In this document: one piece after another, positions 12,486-28,691 of the stretch | How the letters are laid out: each line of letters starts with the position of its first letter | Position numbering within the stretch: position 1 is the first letter of the stretch | Assembly: GCA_951406725.2 (NCBI GenBank) | Contig: OX597838.1 | Location: 1,550,001 to 1,614,000 of the forward strand | DNA length: 64,000 bases | From: Octopus vulgaris | Taxonomy: Eukaryota | Direction of reading: 5' to 3' | Notes under the pieces: model-generated | What the model was told of the DNA's origin: nothing | Seen by the model: the letters and a program-made list of their open reading frames with translations, nothing else | Database searches by the model: none | Position numbers and translations under genes: made by a program

Positions 12486-13427
12486 ATGTGTTGGAAATGT
12501 CTTTAGATGCAGGGGAGGGAGACGTTTTTAGAAATAAATACAAACAGAAAATGTATAAAATCAGTTTTTGTGATGTTTGCTTGTGCCTGTATGTATGTAT
12601 GTATGTATGTATGTATGTACGTACGTATATATATATACATACATACATAATATTTACATACATTCATCCATATATGTACATATGTGTGCGTGTATGTATA
12701 TATATCGATATATGTATGTATGTCCGTATGTGTGTGCGGGCATGCATATATGTATGTATGTATATATGCGTGTGTGTGTGTATCTATTTATGTATGGTGC
12801 ATATCTTATTGGGGAGGAATGTTCGACTCGCTATCATAAGGTCGTGTCGTCGATTTCTGACCAAGCGATGCGCTAAGTCACTGAGCAAATGCCTTCATTT
12901 CACGTTGCCTCATTTACTCAGCTGTCACAAGTAGCCACCTTCTGACGTTGCAGCTCTTTCTGCTTCTCGCGCCATGGATATTCCGGTGATCCAACCTGGA
13001 AAAGTGAAGGAAAGTTTGGTAAAAGCTACCAAGTGGAAGACGCTTGTAAATTGCAAATGGTGACTCAGCTGACGTTTGGCACCTGGGTGTCCGGTTACCT
13101 GTAATACGTGGACTTTTCGATTCCTGTCAACTACGGCGAAACCGGCTACTCGTATTGGAATGGTTTGAGCGAAGCATCAATTAAGTGGAAAGTAGTCTTT
13201 GTCCTCCTTTACACATTCAAAGTAGGTGCCAAGGGAGACTTAGGCATCTCTCAGCAACCAGATAATTTGATGTTGTCTCCACATGGATGTGCTATTGTTG
13301 CAGGGTCTTTGACGACAATCTCGCGTTGCTTTCACCATTTTAATCTAATTCCTCAGATGAAGGCCCGAGGATGAGGAAGAAACTTTACAAATATCCTTGA
13401 CAATGAGAAAGTGCCAAGAGAGAGACA

Positions 13428-13545
<118 letters not shown>

Positions 13546-13765
13546 TATATATGTAGGTAGATGAAGAGGAAGAAAGAGAGAAAGCTAAAGTGGAGGAAAA
13601 AGAGAGCGAAGGGAAGAGAGAGAGACAGAGAGAGAGAGAGAGATGTATTAATAATCCCTAGATATACATTGTAGCGACACACCTACGCGTTCACACCTAA
13701 CCAAATACGTACATATACTTATGTATGTATGTACATGTATGTGTGTGTATGTGTGTATGAATTTG

Positions 13766-13810
<45 letters not shown>

Positions 13811-14092
13811 GTAACACACGTGTACAGACATGCACACACGCACACACATACACACTCGCACACACACACATCTGCGAAAGAAATATACAACCTGGACGAC
13901 ATCCAATGAATGACGACCGCAACAACTAACAATGCTAAACTCTGTCTACAACCGACACTGTTACTGCCAAAGTGAGAAACACCACCACCACGACCACCAC
14001 CACGACCACCACCACGACCACCACCACGACCACAACCACCACCACCGGCGTTCCCACCGCCGCTACGACCCACCGCTACCAATACTACCACC

Positions 14093-14125
<33 letters not shown>

Positions 14126-14433
14126 GCTACTACTACTACTACTGAAGTAACAATATTAATGAATAGGTGACTAATTTATTGCATTATTAGATGTGTACTT
14201 TTCTGGAGCCTTCTTTTACATAACCCCAAAGGCTGATGCTGTGTACGCAGGCGCAACTTAATATGGATGAGTATGTATGTGTGTGTGTGTGTGTGTATGC
14301 ATATTTCAATAAATGCATATACATACAAAGCACTGTGTGTGTATTTTATTTGTAGATACATATAATAATTATAAGTACATAGGCACACACGCACACACAC
14401 GCGCACACGAACGTACATCCACCCACACACCGA

Positions 14434-14469
<36 letters not shown>

Positions 14470-14517
14470 TGTATGATGTATGTACATATATATATGTGTA
14501 TATATATATATACATAC

Positions 14518-14566
<49 letters not shown>

Positions 14567-15604
14567 TATATACAGATATATACTTATATAATTAGATAAA
14601 GATAGTGTGAACATGAGTATAAACCTGCATATACAAGGCTAAGTACAAGGAGAGAGAGAGAGAGAGGGAGAGGGAGAAATAGAGAGAGAGTGAGAGTGAA
14701 AGAAAGAGAGAAGGGTATGAGGGTGTGAAAGAGAAGGGAGAGAAAAGGAGATGGAAGAGAACTGTCGCATAAGTAGGTAAACCGTTCCAAAGTACTTCTT
14801 CCATTCCACTAAAATGTAACCTGCCCCACTTCCAACCCAACCGGAAAACCTGTCGTCACCGCTACTCGTTCATCTGTTCACTAAAATGGCAGAGAATCCC
14901 GACAACAATCTATTCTGAATCCTCTTCATATCGTGGCTGATATCTCACTAAAGCACCACAAATATCTAGAGCAATGCCAGCACATTTCAATGCTGAGTTA
15001 TTTACTATCTAAACACATTGGAGTTTCACAGAGATTTCCCTCCATTACACTTACACACACAACCTATCAACCTACTTTCACTTTCGCTATCCACTCATAC
15101 AACGAAGCTTCTCTTTTGCTCGTCCTTATCATTTCCCTATCATTGTTTTCAACAGCTCGTCATTTCCGTTTCGCTGGTTGTATAATTTTCTTTTTTATTT
15201 TCATCATTGTCTTTCATTGGTGTTTTACTCTCATCCGTTTTCATGCTTTCTACTATTTTCTCCGTACCCTACTTTCTTATATGCATTCTTGGTTGTTGTT
15301 GTTGTTCTTCTTCTTCTTCTTCGTTTTTCTTTCTTCTCATCCTTTTGCTATTCTTGTATATTAGCTCAACCTTGCTACATGATTCGCTTGTTGTATCAGT
15401 GTCAAACTTTAGAGTAACAGTGAATAAATAAATAACAGGGAGCTGAAGAGCTGGGAATCATCCCTTTTTACATGCACAGAGACGCGCGAGTGTGTTTGTG
15501 TGTGAATGAATGAATGAGTGTGAAGGAGAGATTTGAAAATACGGGTGTGATATAATAATTAACAGAGAAAAAATAACTGTGAATCTCCCTTCCCCTCTCT
15601 CTAC

Positions 15605-16481
15605 CAGGGTGTGTGTGTGTGTGGGGGGATGTTCGCGCTAAATCTGATGCTTTTCATGTATTCTTTCTTCCCGTAAATGTATTGGTGAATAGTGAACGAC
15701 GCTGGAGAACATAAAGATTAAGGTTGCAGTTGAGAAAAAGTTAGCTGACATGGAGGAGTGGAATCCGCTTGATTATTTGAAAAGGGATTTACCTGTATCA
15801 GGATGATTGGCGTCGATCATCAAAATGCTGACATCATGACTGCTGACCAATGCTCTGTGGACACTGTAAAGGCTGTAAGACATCACATGGACAGCTGCCA
15901 TGGGGACTACGGGGCCGTGGCCAGCAGCAAGCTATACAGAAGGCACCCTGAGTATGACGTCCTGTCGTGCCACAGATTTGTATGACGTCCTGTCGGCTTT
16001 GTGAAGCTGCTGGAGACTGTGGTCAAAACCTGGTTGGAGGGGGTTGCTGCGGGAAGGCCATATGGGTAGCAGCAGAATGCAGCTCCTTGCCATAATTCTG
16101 GACAGAATCAGAAGTGATCATCGGAGAATGTCTATGACTTACCCGATCCCGATTTCTGGCTTTCTAATTGCTTCAATTGTAATCTCGTGGATTACTATGT
16201 GTGGAATGCGACCGCTCTTTCTGCAGCACCAAGGCCATCTGGTGGCCAAAATCAAGGAAGTATTCGAATATCTTCCAAGGGATACAGTGATGGACGCATG
16301 CGCCAGGTTCTGGGTCATCTTGAAGTCATGCTGGAGGCTGGGGGGCAGCTGTATTCAGTAAACTGTTATCTTCCAGGCATAATCGAGCTGACAATTCTTG
16401 AATTTTAAAAATACTCTCATTCTTTTATTTTGGGATGGGATATTGTATATTCTTCTTTTGCGAAAAATCAAATTTAGCCGA

Positions 16482-16485
<4 letters not shown>
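15605..16485 (+). mobile_element. Decayed, internally deleted Tc1/mariner-superfamily (DD37D/maT-like) transposon
   Basis: Frame-broken LLETVVK.WL..VAAGRPY..QQ.A.PCH and FW..N....N..DYYVW motifs; TIR remnants TGTTCGCGCTAAATCTGA / TCAAATTTAGCCGAACA. Confidence 0.75.
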
Positions 16486-16640
<155 letters not shown>

Positions 16641-17708
16641 ACAGTGGGTGCATGTGCAGGAGTAAGTACACAGTTATGAAAAAAGATAAAACGTACAATA
16701 CACATTTATCAAATAAATCAAAAGTTACGATAAAATGTTTTATCATAATTGTGATAAATTTATTATTATGATTAATGACACTGAAAATGTCAAAACGAGG
16801 CAAACTAATAATAATTTTAATGAATTTAGTATTATAACATTGAAGTGATGCTTACTGTATACCTACTTCTACATTCTCCTGTATATATATATGTGTGTGT
16901 GCGTGTGTATGTATATATATATACACACACACATATATATGTACGTATGTATGTATATATATATATATATACACACACACATGTATGTATGTATGTATAT
17001 GTATATGCATTCCTAGTAATTTAAAAATTACCGTTATGTTTCTCGTTGCCCGTTCCAATTTATATTATTTCCCTTCTTTCTTTTGTACAAACACACACAC
17101 GCCACAAAACAACACGCACATAATCCATTCTGTTCTTGGCTATGAATGGTATTCAAATATGAATTGGTAGCAACAAAGGAGGAATTTTTAAAACCCTTTT
17201 CAAGGAATTTAATCGATGATGTTTAGCCTTTTCGTTTGATTGTCGACCAAATAGACTGACCCACTGCAGGTATTGCCAAATGCTGTTCGTGGTCCTGATG
17301 GAATGGATAATGCTCAAGCCCTTTCCTCTCTCTCTCTCTCTCTATCTCATTTCTTTCATTTGTTTCATGTAATTTGTTTCTGTAACATTTACTCCTTTCT
17401 TCATGGCCGTCCACCGTTCTGTTGTTTGGGCTCCGTAGCAGCCATCTTCCGTGCCTTTGCAGTCAGAACCTTTCCCCACATCCAATTCATGGCGTTTTCA
17501 TTTGATGATGTCTCAACAATGGAGACTCGGGTGTCCTCTTCTGCAACTCCATCTCAACCGATTCTAGAGCACAGCCTCGGCCTTTATAGCATTCGCAACA
17601 AAATTGCTTGTTATGGATCGTAACTGCTGCAACCAGCAGCTCATCGACCTTTTTCGATGTGTCGGCAATATTCAGTGTGTAGCTCCCAGCAGAATATGAC
17701 AGCAGGTG

Positions 17709-17773
<65 letters not shown>

Positions 17774-18604
17774 CTGCTACTACTACTACCTGCTACTGCT
17801 GCTGCTGTTAATTGGTAAACTTAGCATTCTTTTTGGCAGTTTTATAACAACGACCGGCGAAATTTCAAAATCATTGTCAATTTTCACATTGTGTGTTTTT
17901 GTGTATGTATGCGTGCGTGTGTGCGTGTGTGTGCGCGTGTGTGTGTGTGTGTGTATGAGTGTATGTGAGTACATAAACATAAACACACACATATACAATA
18001 TTAAACACAGAGAGAAAAATATCGATAGATTGTTATAGAGCCAAATACGGCAACGTATATGGTAGTTTCTCTCTCTGCCAGTCTCTCCCTATCGACCAGT
18101 AATTTAAAATTTACTATTGCATATATGTGTATATGATAAGGGAGAGAGAAAGAGCGTGTTTTATCATATATGCATATATATACATATCAATAAATATATA
18201 TAGGAATATATATATATATACATATATATATACATATATAGTATATATATATATACATATATGTATATATATGTATATATATATACATGTATATCATATA
18301 TACACATATATGTATACATATATATATATGCATATGTATATGTATACATTTATATATATATATATATATATAGATATATATATGTATGTATATATATATA
18401 TATATGTATATACATACATGCATACACACACACATATATTCACCGGCACCCAAACATACAACCCATTCATATAACGGAGTACATAGAATCTTTATAAAAT
18501 ATTTATTAGACAAGATATGGAAGATTTAATAAAAATCAGATATAAATATTTATCCCGTAGAATTAAATATATCATTTACAAGTCTATAATAATGTCAGTA
18601 CACG

Positions 18605-18658
<54 letters not shown>

Positions 18659-19869
18659 GAGACGAAGATGGTGTCTGTCGAGAAACAAAGCAAATGCTGA
18701 GTTTTGTTTGAAGATGGCGCCTGTGTTCGCCATTTTAGAAACAGCCTCTCCAGAGTTTTGTCTCAGGTGTTCAGTGTTGGGTCGTTTATAAAGATACACG
18801 AGTGACCGGCTGCACTCTTCTTATTCTTATTCTTAGTCATAATTCTTAATCAATTATTCATTCTTGATGGCCAAGTTTGATAAACGAAGAAAGTTATAAA
18901 TCAGGCAAACCATGTACACCCTACGTACACGCATATATATATATATATATATGTGTGTATATGTGTATATGTATGTGTATATACATACATGCATACATAC
19001 ATACATACATACATACATACATACATACATACATACATACACACATATGTATGTGTCTGTTCGTGTATACATATATGTGTGTATATCTCTCACTCAATCT
19101 CTCTCTCTCTCTCTATCTATCTATTTATCTATCTATCTATATGTGTATGTATATGGTTGTGAATTAATATTGGTTTTTGAGATGTAAATTTGTGAATAAC
19201 AACGCTCAACATTTTCTATTAAAAGAATTCACTACTTGTAGAATTAATTTTATCGTGTGGGACTTACGCATGATGCTGGCATAAGACACAACTGATTGTG
19301 GATTCCGCCATCTTCACAAGTTCTATAATGGCCTCCATCGGCCCACCGTAGCTAGTGATCCTGGAAACCTACTAAACGAAGTCGGCTATCATAAAGACTA
19401 CTCAGAATGTATCTTACTGTTGCCGACAGATGACACGTTACTACTCGACGATCCTAACTCTCTCCGACCCTGAACACAAAAAAACCCCCTAGACAACGTT
19501 CAAGAAGCTTAGCGGTTAAGGTCACGACCACGCTGGGTTTTATCAATATCCTACATCAAATTGATATCAATGGCGTTTCTATTAGTATATCAATTATAGA
19601 ATATTCATCTTTCTACATTGGTCGTTCAGGAAAGTGTAGTCTCCGTCTCTTCGAATAGATATAGCCTTGCATAGAAACAGTGAAAAACATAATCAGAATC
19701 ATTTTGTAATTGGGAATTCCTGAAAAGGATGGAAGTATCTTGCAGACACTTCCATCACTTTCTACAGCTAAACTACCAACTGGTCGCCAGAACATTCTAT
19801 TTCGAGTGCAATGAATCTACCCCAGACCGGATGATGGTTCAATGTTTTAAAGTAGTTTATGTATGTATG

Positions 19870-19901
<32 letters not shown>

Positions 19902-19983
19902 TGTATGTATGTATGTATGTATGTATGTATGTATGTATGCATGTATGTATGTATGTATGTATGTATATATGTATGTATATATA

Positions 19984-20030
<47 letters not shown>

Positions 20031-20087
20031 ATATATATATATATTTACATAATTGAACGCCATACGTCCTCTTCCAAGTAAGTTTTA

Positions 20088-20135
<48 letters not shown>

Positions 20136-20141
20136 GACATA

Positions 20142-20239
<98 letters not shown>

Positions 20240-20346
20240 CATATACATGCATACATGCATACATACATACACATACATACACATACACACAAACAAACAC
20301 ACACACACACATATATATAGTCTATAATATTTTATTCTTTTACTTA

Positions 20347-20705
20347 TTTCAGTCATTTGACTGCGGCCATGTCAGGGCACCGCCTTTAGCCGAGAAAATC
20401 GACCCCAGGACTTATTCCTTGTAAGCCTAGTACTTATTCTATAAGTTACGGGAACGTAAACACACCAGCATCGGTTGTCAAGTGATGTTGGGTGGACAAA
20501 CACAGACACACGAACATACGCACGATCGTACACACACACACATACGACCTGCTATTTTCAGTTTCCATCTTTCAAATCTACTCACAATGCTTTGGTCAGC
20601 CCGAGGCTATAAAAGAAGACACTTGCCCAGGATGCCACGCAGTGGGACCGAACCCTGAACCATGTGACTGGGAAGCAAGCTTCTTACCAAACAGTTATGT
20701 TGCAC

Positions 20706-20708
<3 letters not shown>
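20347..20708 (-). mobile_element. SINE family 2
   Basis: Colinear with 62495-62888 (TTCAGTCATTTGACTGCGGCCATG..GCCACGCAGTGGGAC..GCAAGCTTCTTACC). Confidence 0.85.
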
Positions 20709-20741
<33 letters not shown>

Positions 20742-21414
20742 ATACATATACGTGTGTAAGTATTTGCATACACAGGTGTGTGCGTGTGGGCGTGCGTGTG
20801 AGTGTGTGTGTATAAATATATATATATGTATATTGTCTTTTATTTGTTTCGATTATTAAACCGTGGCCATGCTGGGGCACATGAAATTCTTCTCAGTTTC
20901 TTGCCTGATGCTAATGGACTTTTTTCTGACAGGTTATTGAGAAAACCAAGCAAATCTCGATGTGCTGCTAATCGGCAATATTTCAATAGTTCTTTTTAAT
21001 ATTCTCGCTGATATACTGTGACACAGCCACCTTTCTATTGTCAATCCCTTCAACACTTGACACCGTGACACTTAGATTTACAACTCTTAGTGTCTAATAA
21101 AACATTTACGCTTCACTTTTTCTATTCAATATTCTTCCCTACGTTTGTCAAAATTGACCAATCTCTGAATGTACATAACAGTTCTGTTTGGGGAAAAAGA
21201 TAACGTTTGCTATATTCGCGTTGTTGCTGTTTTTACACACACACACACACACATTATACAGGCACATGCATACATGTACATGTTTATAACTTTAATTTAG
21301 CGAATAAATTGGGAAATTATCACTGAACACTTTCAGAGAAAAACTATTTTGCGCTTAAATGAATTATGTTATATACTCTAAAGTATATGAGTAGCCATGT
21401 TCCCCTTGCATACG

Positions 21415-21499
<85 letters not shown>

Positions 21500-22666
21500 T
21501 ACACAAATACGCGCACACATACATACATACACATGTATATAAGTATACACACACACGCACTTATATGATATACATACATATATATTTGATGACCCATCAA
21601 AAATGGCTGGGGCAAAAAGACATGATTTCTCTAAGACATAAAATGGTAAAATAGTCTGATTCCATACAATCAACGTTGACAGTTTAATTCTTTAAAACAT
21701 TTCTTTAATGACTACAGTTTTCAGAATCAATTCCTGAAAGTTTTCCAATCTTCCTACATTTCTAAGTATCTTTCACCAATATTCTACATAGAATTACTTG
21801 TTCTGCTCTTTGACATTCTCCCATCAGATTTTCATTTGTATTTCCGTACCTTATGGAGATTTACTTCAATGTTAAAATCTAAGGAAAATGGAAAAAGAAC
21901 GATCTAATTAATAATAGAAAACATATGCAAGGGAAAGAGAAAAGAGTTTGTTTAAATTTTCTCCCTATTTTAATTAGCTGAATTCTCTCAATAAATAAGT
22001 GGGTTTCTAACAAATCAAAAAAGCCTATATGTTATATTTAAGAACAGACTTGTATATTTTTACTGTTTCACTTATACATTGCTTTTGTAAAGAAAAGGTT
22101 AGCTGTAAAGAAAGTGTGTATAAAATAAAATAAAAATTGAAAAGGAAAGCAAGCAGATAAGTCTAAAATTTCAGAGGGAAAAAAACGAGAAATGCATTTA
22201 TGAAAGAATTACTTTCTAAAAAAGATCTGCTTACTAAAATAGATTTATTTCGCAAAGAAATATATTTTGACCATCCCGTAGTATTTAAATGAATAATTCA
22301 TATGGTAAAGATAAAGGAAGATATACAGATATACAAAAATATACACGCACACGCAAACACATACACGCACACACAAATACATACACACACATAACACACA
22401 CACACGCACATGCCCACACGCGCAATCGACCAGACTGAGGTGTGTTGTTACTCCCCACCAGTCACGATGCGTCTCCCTGAACTGTTGTATCTTTTGAACA
22501 ATGCTACCCCTTTGGCTTGTCGGGCCGACAGGGCAACGTACCTCACACAACCGGACGCCAGGCGGCGCAGGGTTACACATTTATCAAGAAATGATAACAG
22601 GCTAGTTCGATGAACTCATGTTCGGAGCCTTTTTATAGTATGTAAGCAGGCTGAAGCAAAAATCGC

Positions 22667-22774
<108 letters not shown>

Positions 22775-23288
22775 CTCTCTCTTGCTCCCACTCACACACA
22801 CACACATATTCTCCCTCTCACTCACACACTCACACTCACACGCACGTGTCTTATTTCTCCAGACTGTCTGACATACTAAGACATACCACGACAAGCTTTA
22901 TCTCACACACACGTCAACGGCGGTCAACCTGAATATCTCATCAAATACACTCGCCCCAATATATTCTGAGTGCACCAATATTTGCAGAAACTTTATAAGA
23001 ATCCTGTTTCCCCCCTTTTAATAGAAATCTATTAAACTACGCAACTCTACCCACAATGGATCTCAATCTGGTTCATTTTTTTTAAAGACTTTGAGAAATG
23101 CGTTTTGAGGCAAAAGTCTAGGAAAATATTTAATCCGCAAAAATGTTGGTCGACCTTCATGTTTAAATCCGTATGATAAAGCTTTGTGTCTGGAGATTTT
23201 ACTGAGTCGGACACTTCATGTGTATGTGTGGGTATGTGTGTATGTGTGTGTGAGTGTGTGTGTGTGTGTGTGTGTTTGTGTGTAAGTA

Positions 23289-23329
<41 letters not shown>

Positions 23330-23665
23330 TTATGCTAAGACTTCATTTTTCCTTTTATTTATTTTGGTCTGCATCATATATGTGTATGCGGTTTTTTGGA
23401 TGCATACATATAAATACATACGTGTGCATATATGTCTGTGTTTGTGTGTTTGTGTAAATCTATGCCTATACATATTTATATATGCATACACACATATGTC
23501 TATATATGCATATATGTACACAGATATTGCATACATTCTTTTGTATACACATGCACACGCATATATATGTGTGTATATATGAATATATACATGCATACGC
23601 ACAGACATATATAGATACACATGTATACATAAACACACGCACTTATGCATGTATATATGTGTGTA

Positions 23666-23736
<71 letters not shown>

Positions 23737-24019
23737 GCATGTATGTATGTATATACTTGAATATATGCGTGCAGACACATATATGCACACATCCATCCCC
23801 TCACACCGCAGAATATTGATGTTGGATAATTTGTTTATCCGACATAATTTATATTTTGCTAAACTTGTCGAATAACTAACATCCTATTTAACCTCTCTGC
23901 TTAACCTTTGATTCAAAACTAATTTATTTTTCTGAGCGATCTTATTTTTTTTATTTCTTCGTCGTCTGCCTGTCCTCGTGTCACGTCCATCGACCAAATC
24001 TCTTCAACTGTCAACGCTT

Positions 24020-24500
24020 CAACTCCTTCAGCAGCCTCTTTCCTTCACCCCTCGTTCAACTCCTTCAGCAGCCTCTTTCCTTCACCCCTCGTTCAACTCC
24101 TTCAGCAGCCTCTTTCCTTCACTCGTTCGCTCACTCTCTCACACGCTCCCTATTACTTCTCACTCTTCACTCTTAATTCTCTACTACCTTTCTGTTCACT
24201 CGTTCGCTCATTCACCTACTCTTCACTCACTCACTCACTCACTCACTCACTCATTCACTCATTCACTCATTCACTCGCTTGATCATTCACTCTCACTCAC
24301 TCACTCACTCACTCACTCACTCTCCCACTCATTCTCTCACTCACTCATACACTCACTTGCTTGATCATTCACTCTCTCACTCGCTTGATCATTCACCCTC
24401 ACTCATTCACCCACTTGCTTGATCATTCATTTTCTCACTCTCTCACTCACTCGCTTGATCATTCACTCTGTCACTCACTCACTCTGTCACTTACTCGCTC
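24020..24500. repeat. 37-bp minisatellite (about 2.8 copies) running into degenerate (TCAC)n
   Basis: CAACTCCTTCAGCAGCCTCTTTCCTTCACCCCTCGTT at 24020, 24057 and 24094, then TCAC repeats with recurrent GCTTGATCATTCA. Confidence 0.85.
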
Positions 24501-26804
24501 ATTATATCTGCACGTTTCCTCACCTTTGATGACTCATTTGTTTTCTTTCTTTCTTTCTTTCTCTCTTTGCCTCCCCCTCACACATAAACACTCGAGTAGC
24601 CTACACGTGGTCGTTCATTGCGCTAAAATTCTCAACGAAAACCCCTCAAATCAAACGCTATCGTTTCAGAAAATAGACCTATTGGTGGCTGAGGTTTCCT
24701 ATGTAATTATATGGACTGTCTATGAACAGTCGTGGGGCCAAACAACCACAGTACACAAATACACTCATGCACGTACGAATGTGAGGGTGAGGGATTTTAA
24801 AAGGGAGAAGTGTGAGTGTGTGTGGAGCGGGTGGAGGCCGGGTCGGAATGTTTAAAGCTGTAATAAAAAATAAGGCCGGAATCCAATCTCAATGGCCAGT
24901 TACCTTCGAAGAAAGGAGGTAGACTCACACAAAAATAAAGGAAAGAGAAAGCTACCAGGGTGGCGATTTGAACTCGTGACAATTTATACACTCTTGACTC
25001 TTTACCGATGTATCCAACCTCTGCGATTGTCAACTGTCATCGTTTATGAGCATCTTTACAGAGAGAGAAAGGGGAGGTAATTTGGGGGAATGTGACGACG
25101 ACGACGACGATGATGATGATGACGATGACGATGATGACAATGATGATGACGATGACGATGACCATGATGATGATGATGATAACGAAAATAATGGTGACAA
25201 TGAGAGTTGCGCTGCGGTTTGTAATGATGATGATAATGATGGTTGTTGACATTGGTACTTTTGGTGAGAATTGACAATGTGTTCTCATTGGTTCAGTGGT
25301 AAAAGCTCGGTTCATTGGCTTCTGGTTGGTTCGTTGGTGATTAACCTAGAGTAAATGTGTTCTGATTGGTTCTTTAACTGTCAGCAATACAAATACGTTT
25401 TGTACAGGCCGTTGTGTTTCTAGATATTAATATTTGATCTTGCCTGACTCTAAGTTCAACAACCCCTCTGGACCACATCTATAGTTAAAGGCTCTCCAGC
25501 CTTGACCATCTTGCCGTTTTTACATAGTGTGATTTGTGGGAATTTGACTGCTCTATCTTGTAGGTTGAGCGCTCGTGTTGTATGCATCTAAATTTATTTG
25601 CAACCATTCAATATTCAGCCTTTATTTATTGTTTTTACGTCTAATGTTTATTTATTTTCTTTTGTATCTAGCTTCCAGAAATGAGTAACAGACAAGAACA
25701 AGAAGAACAAGAAGAACAACAGAAATAACCGCAACAACAAAACTGGCGACAATAAGAGCAGTTTTATATACACAGGAAGAGTAAAAACAACAACAACAAC
25801 TGCTCGAACACAAATATCAACGTCATTGGAAGTATGTAAGCCATCATCAACACCTTCAAAGTCACCACAACCAACAACAACAACAGTAACAAAACAACGA
25901 TAGACAACGGAAAAATAATAAAAAAGTACAACAAAACAAGAAGATCTACTGTAAGGAATAATAAAGAGTAACAACAAGAAATACAACAACAACCACTGCA
26001 ACAGTAGCAATGACAATGTCACTGTAATACAAAGAAGATAAATGCTACTACAAATGGAAAGGAAACTGAATATCCTGTGACAAACTATACGGGTTAAAGC
26101 AAAGACTATTCAGCGTCAAGAGAACTTCAGTGACACAGAATACGTAAGACACACAAAATACACAGTCACAAGACATATTTACAGAATATACGGCAGCAGC
26201 ACTTAATATTTACTCGGAGAATTCAGTGTAACACACATACACGCACACAAAGTATCCAGAACCACACATACACATACACACGTACACATTCAGTCACACA
26301 TATCCACAGGAATAAACATATTCTCACACATACACACACGAGCGAAAATACAATATCACGGGATATGTATCAATTGTTCAAATTAACACAGAATAAATCG
26401 CATTAGTAAACTAGACCTGGCGCACTAGCGGTTGACATCGATGTAAGGTAGGGAACCATACAGTGTCACTCGCACACACACACACACAGACACACAGAGA
26501 CACAGACACACACACACGCACACACATCATTACATGACATGACACAGGATGTATAGCATCATACTTGAGTGTTACTGCAAGAGATCGAACAATCTAGAAC
26601 AATGGAAATGTTTGATTATCGACTGAAGAGCAGGTAAGCATTTATTTAATTTCTTGGTATTTATGTGAGTAAGGTTCTCTGGGGTGTCGATGGGGGGATC
26701 GAATTGTTAGTTTACTAATGCGCGTGTGTATGGGGGGTGGGGAGGAAAGGATGTTGGTCAGGTGGCTTATTCAAGTGGAGGCGTTGGACCGACGACTTAA
26801 ACTG

Positions 26805-27122
26805 ACAATCCGTTGGTTGCAACGACGAATGGTCAACTTGATCCGATCGCTGGAACAGCCTGCTCGTGAAATTAACGTGCAAGTGGCTGAGTACTCCGCA
26901 GACATGCGTAACCTTTAATGCTGTACTCAGAGAAATTCAGCGTGACCACAGAGTGTGGCAAGGCTGTCTGTTTGAAATACAGGTGCAACTCATTTTTGCC
27001 AGGTGAGTGAACTGGGGCAATGTAAAATAAAGTGTCTTGCTCAAGGACACCGCGTCGCAGGGAATCGAACTCACGTCACTACGATCGTCAGCCGAATACC
27101 CTAACCACTAAACCACGCGCCT
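26805..27122 (-). mobile_element. tRNA-derived SINE, family 3 (conserved central domain, V/Meta-like)
   Basis: Minus strand: GCGCGTGGTTTAGTGGTTAGG (A box), GAGTTCGATTCC (B box), GTGTCCTTGAGCAAGACACTT core. Confidence 0.8.
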
Positions 27123-27699
27123 TACTAAGGTGCAGGACTGATTGGAGGGATGTCATTAAAGTGACAGGATCAATTAAGGTGTGATTGATGTTATTTTGCT
27201 GATGTTTTAATTTCTTAACTAATCACTCACCTAATGAACAAGTGAACCGTTCAATTATCACGCATTCATTAACTCTCACACTCACTCCATCAGTCCTTCC
27301 AACTATCACTCAATCACTCAATTATCACCCATTTAACCACTCATCAACATATACATTAATAAATCGCCACCCCACACCATCACTCAACTCCTACCTCACT
27401 CACTCATTAACTAAACTCTATATCATTACCTAAAACTCATTTTTCTCTCAGATATTTATTCCCACAAAAGCACACGCTCGTGCTACTCTTCTCCCGCTTT
27501 CGCTCATACTCTCACTCACGAAGCAACATTCTCAGATATTCACTGTATTTCCTTCAATCAAACACTCACTCAAAATGTCACACACACATATGTAGAACCG
27601 TTCCATTGTACCTAACACGCAGTGCGTTGCTCAAAACACTGTAATATGGGCCGTGTTGTGTGTACAGGGGACAGAGATCGAACCTGGTGAACAAACCCG

Positions 27700-27940
27700 C
27701 ACAAGCGATTTGTTTATAATGATCAAATGCTTGTGCTCTACATCCATCCCTCCCTCAAATCGACGTTGGCTGAACAGGTCCACCGTGCACCACGCGTCAG
27801 GTGTCGAAGTGATCGCAGAGCAAACGTGAACTGAAGTGTTTTGCTCAACAAACATAACGTACCATCAGATCTAGGAATTGAACTCATGATCTCGCGATTG
27901 TTAGTGCAACACCCTAACCATTCAGCAATTCAGCCTCATG
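27700..27940 (-). mobile_element. Diverged SINE related to family 3
   Basis: AAGTGTTTTGCTCAA..GGAATTGAACTC..CACCCTAACCA on the + strand parallels 27030-27110. Confidence 0.55.
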
Positions 27941-28540
27941 CACAGTTCATAGTACACACTACACACTACACGATTTACTGTGTACACAATGCAGTGTACA
28001 CAGTATATAGTACTCAACAGAGTACACACTACACAATATACAGTACACAGTACAAAATAACCTGAACACCGTGCACAATCCCGAGTACACAGCATAGAGT
28101 ACACAGCATAGAGTACACGCTACGCTATACACAGCGTTCGGTACGCAGTACTGTGTATCGCTAAAACATGACCCAGAAATCGATTGCTAACTGGATAATC
28201 AATAATCGGAAATATCGATCTAGTGACAGAGTGTTACCCAAGCCTGCTATTGTCACGCTCCATATATCCGTCACCGTGAAGAGGCGGTGGCAGGGAGGGG
28301 AGGAGTGGAGACTTTAGGAAAGACGTACATGAATGGGGGGGGTCGGGGTGGAGGGAGGGGGTAGGTAGGAGTGAAGTGGAGTGGCTGGAAAGACGCAGGG
28401 AGGAGGAGGAGGAGGAGACCTTCAATACAAAAATCGATCGATGCATTACATGGAAACAGCCATTCACCAGCATGTGTTGTGAATCCATTATATTGCTCCA
28501 CGGCCAACATATGGTACTGCTACTGCTACTACTACTACTG

Positions 28541-28591
<51 letters not shown>

Positions 28592-28638
28592 TCGCCGCAG
28601 CCAACACCACCTCCATCAATCATCCCCACCACCACCAT

Positions 28639-28691
<53 letters not shown>

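Noticed and set aside
12800-13380. Possible SINE head plus RTE endonuclease N-terminus (FGTW.VR, GYSYWNG)
   Set aside because: Only two short degenerate motifs; not enough to call without a profile search.
22410-22613. GC-richer unique segment with a 67-aa ORF
   Set aside because: No recognisable protein motif or convincing splice sites.
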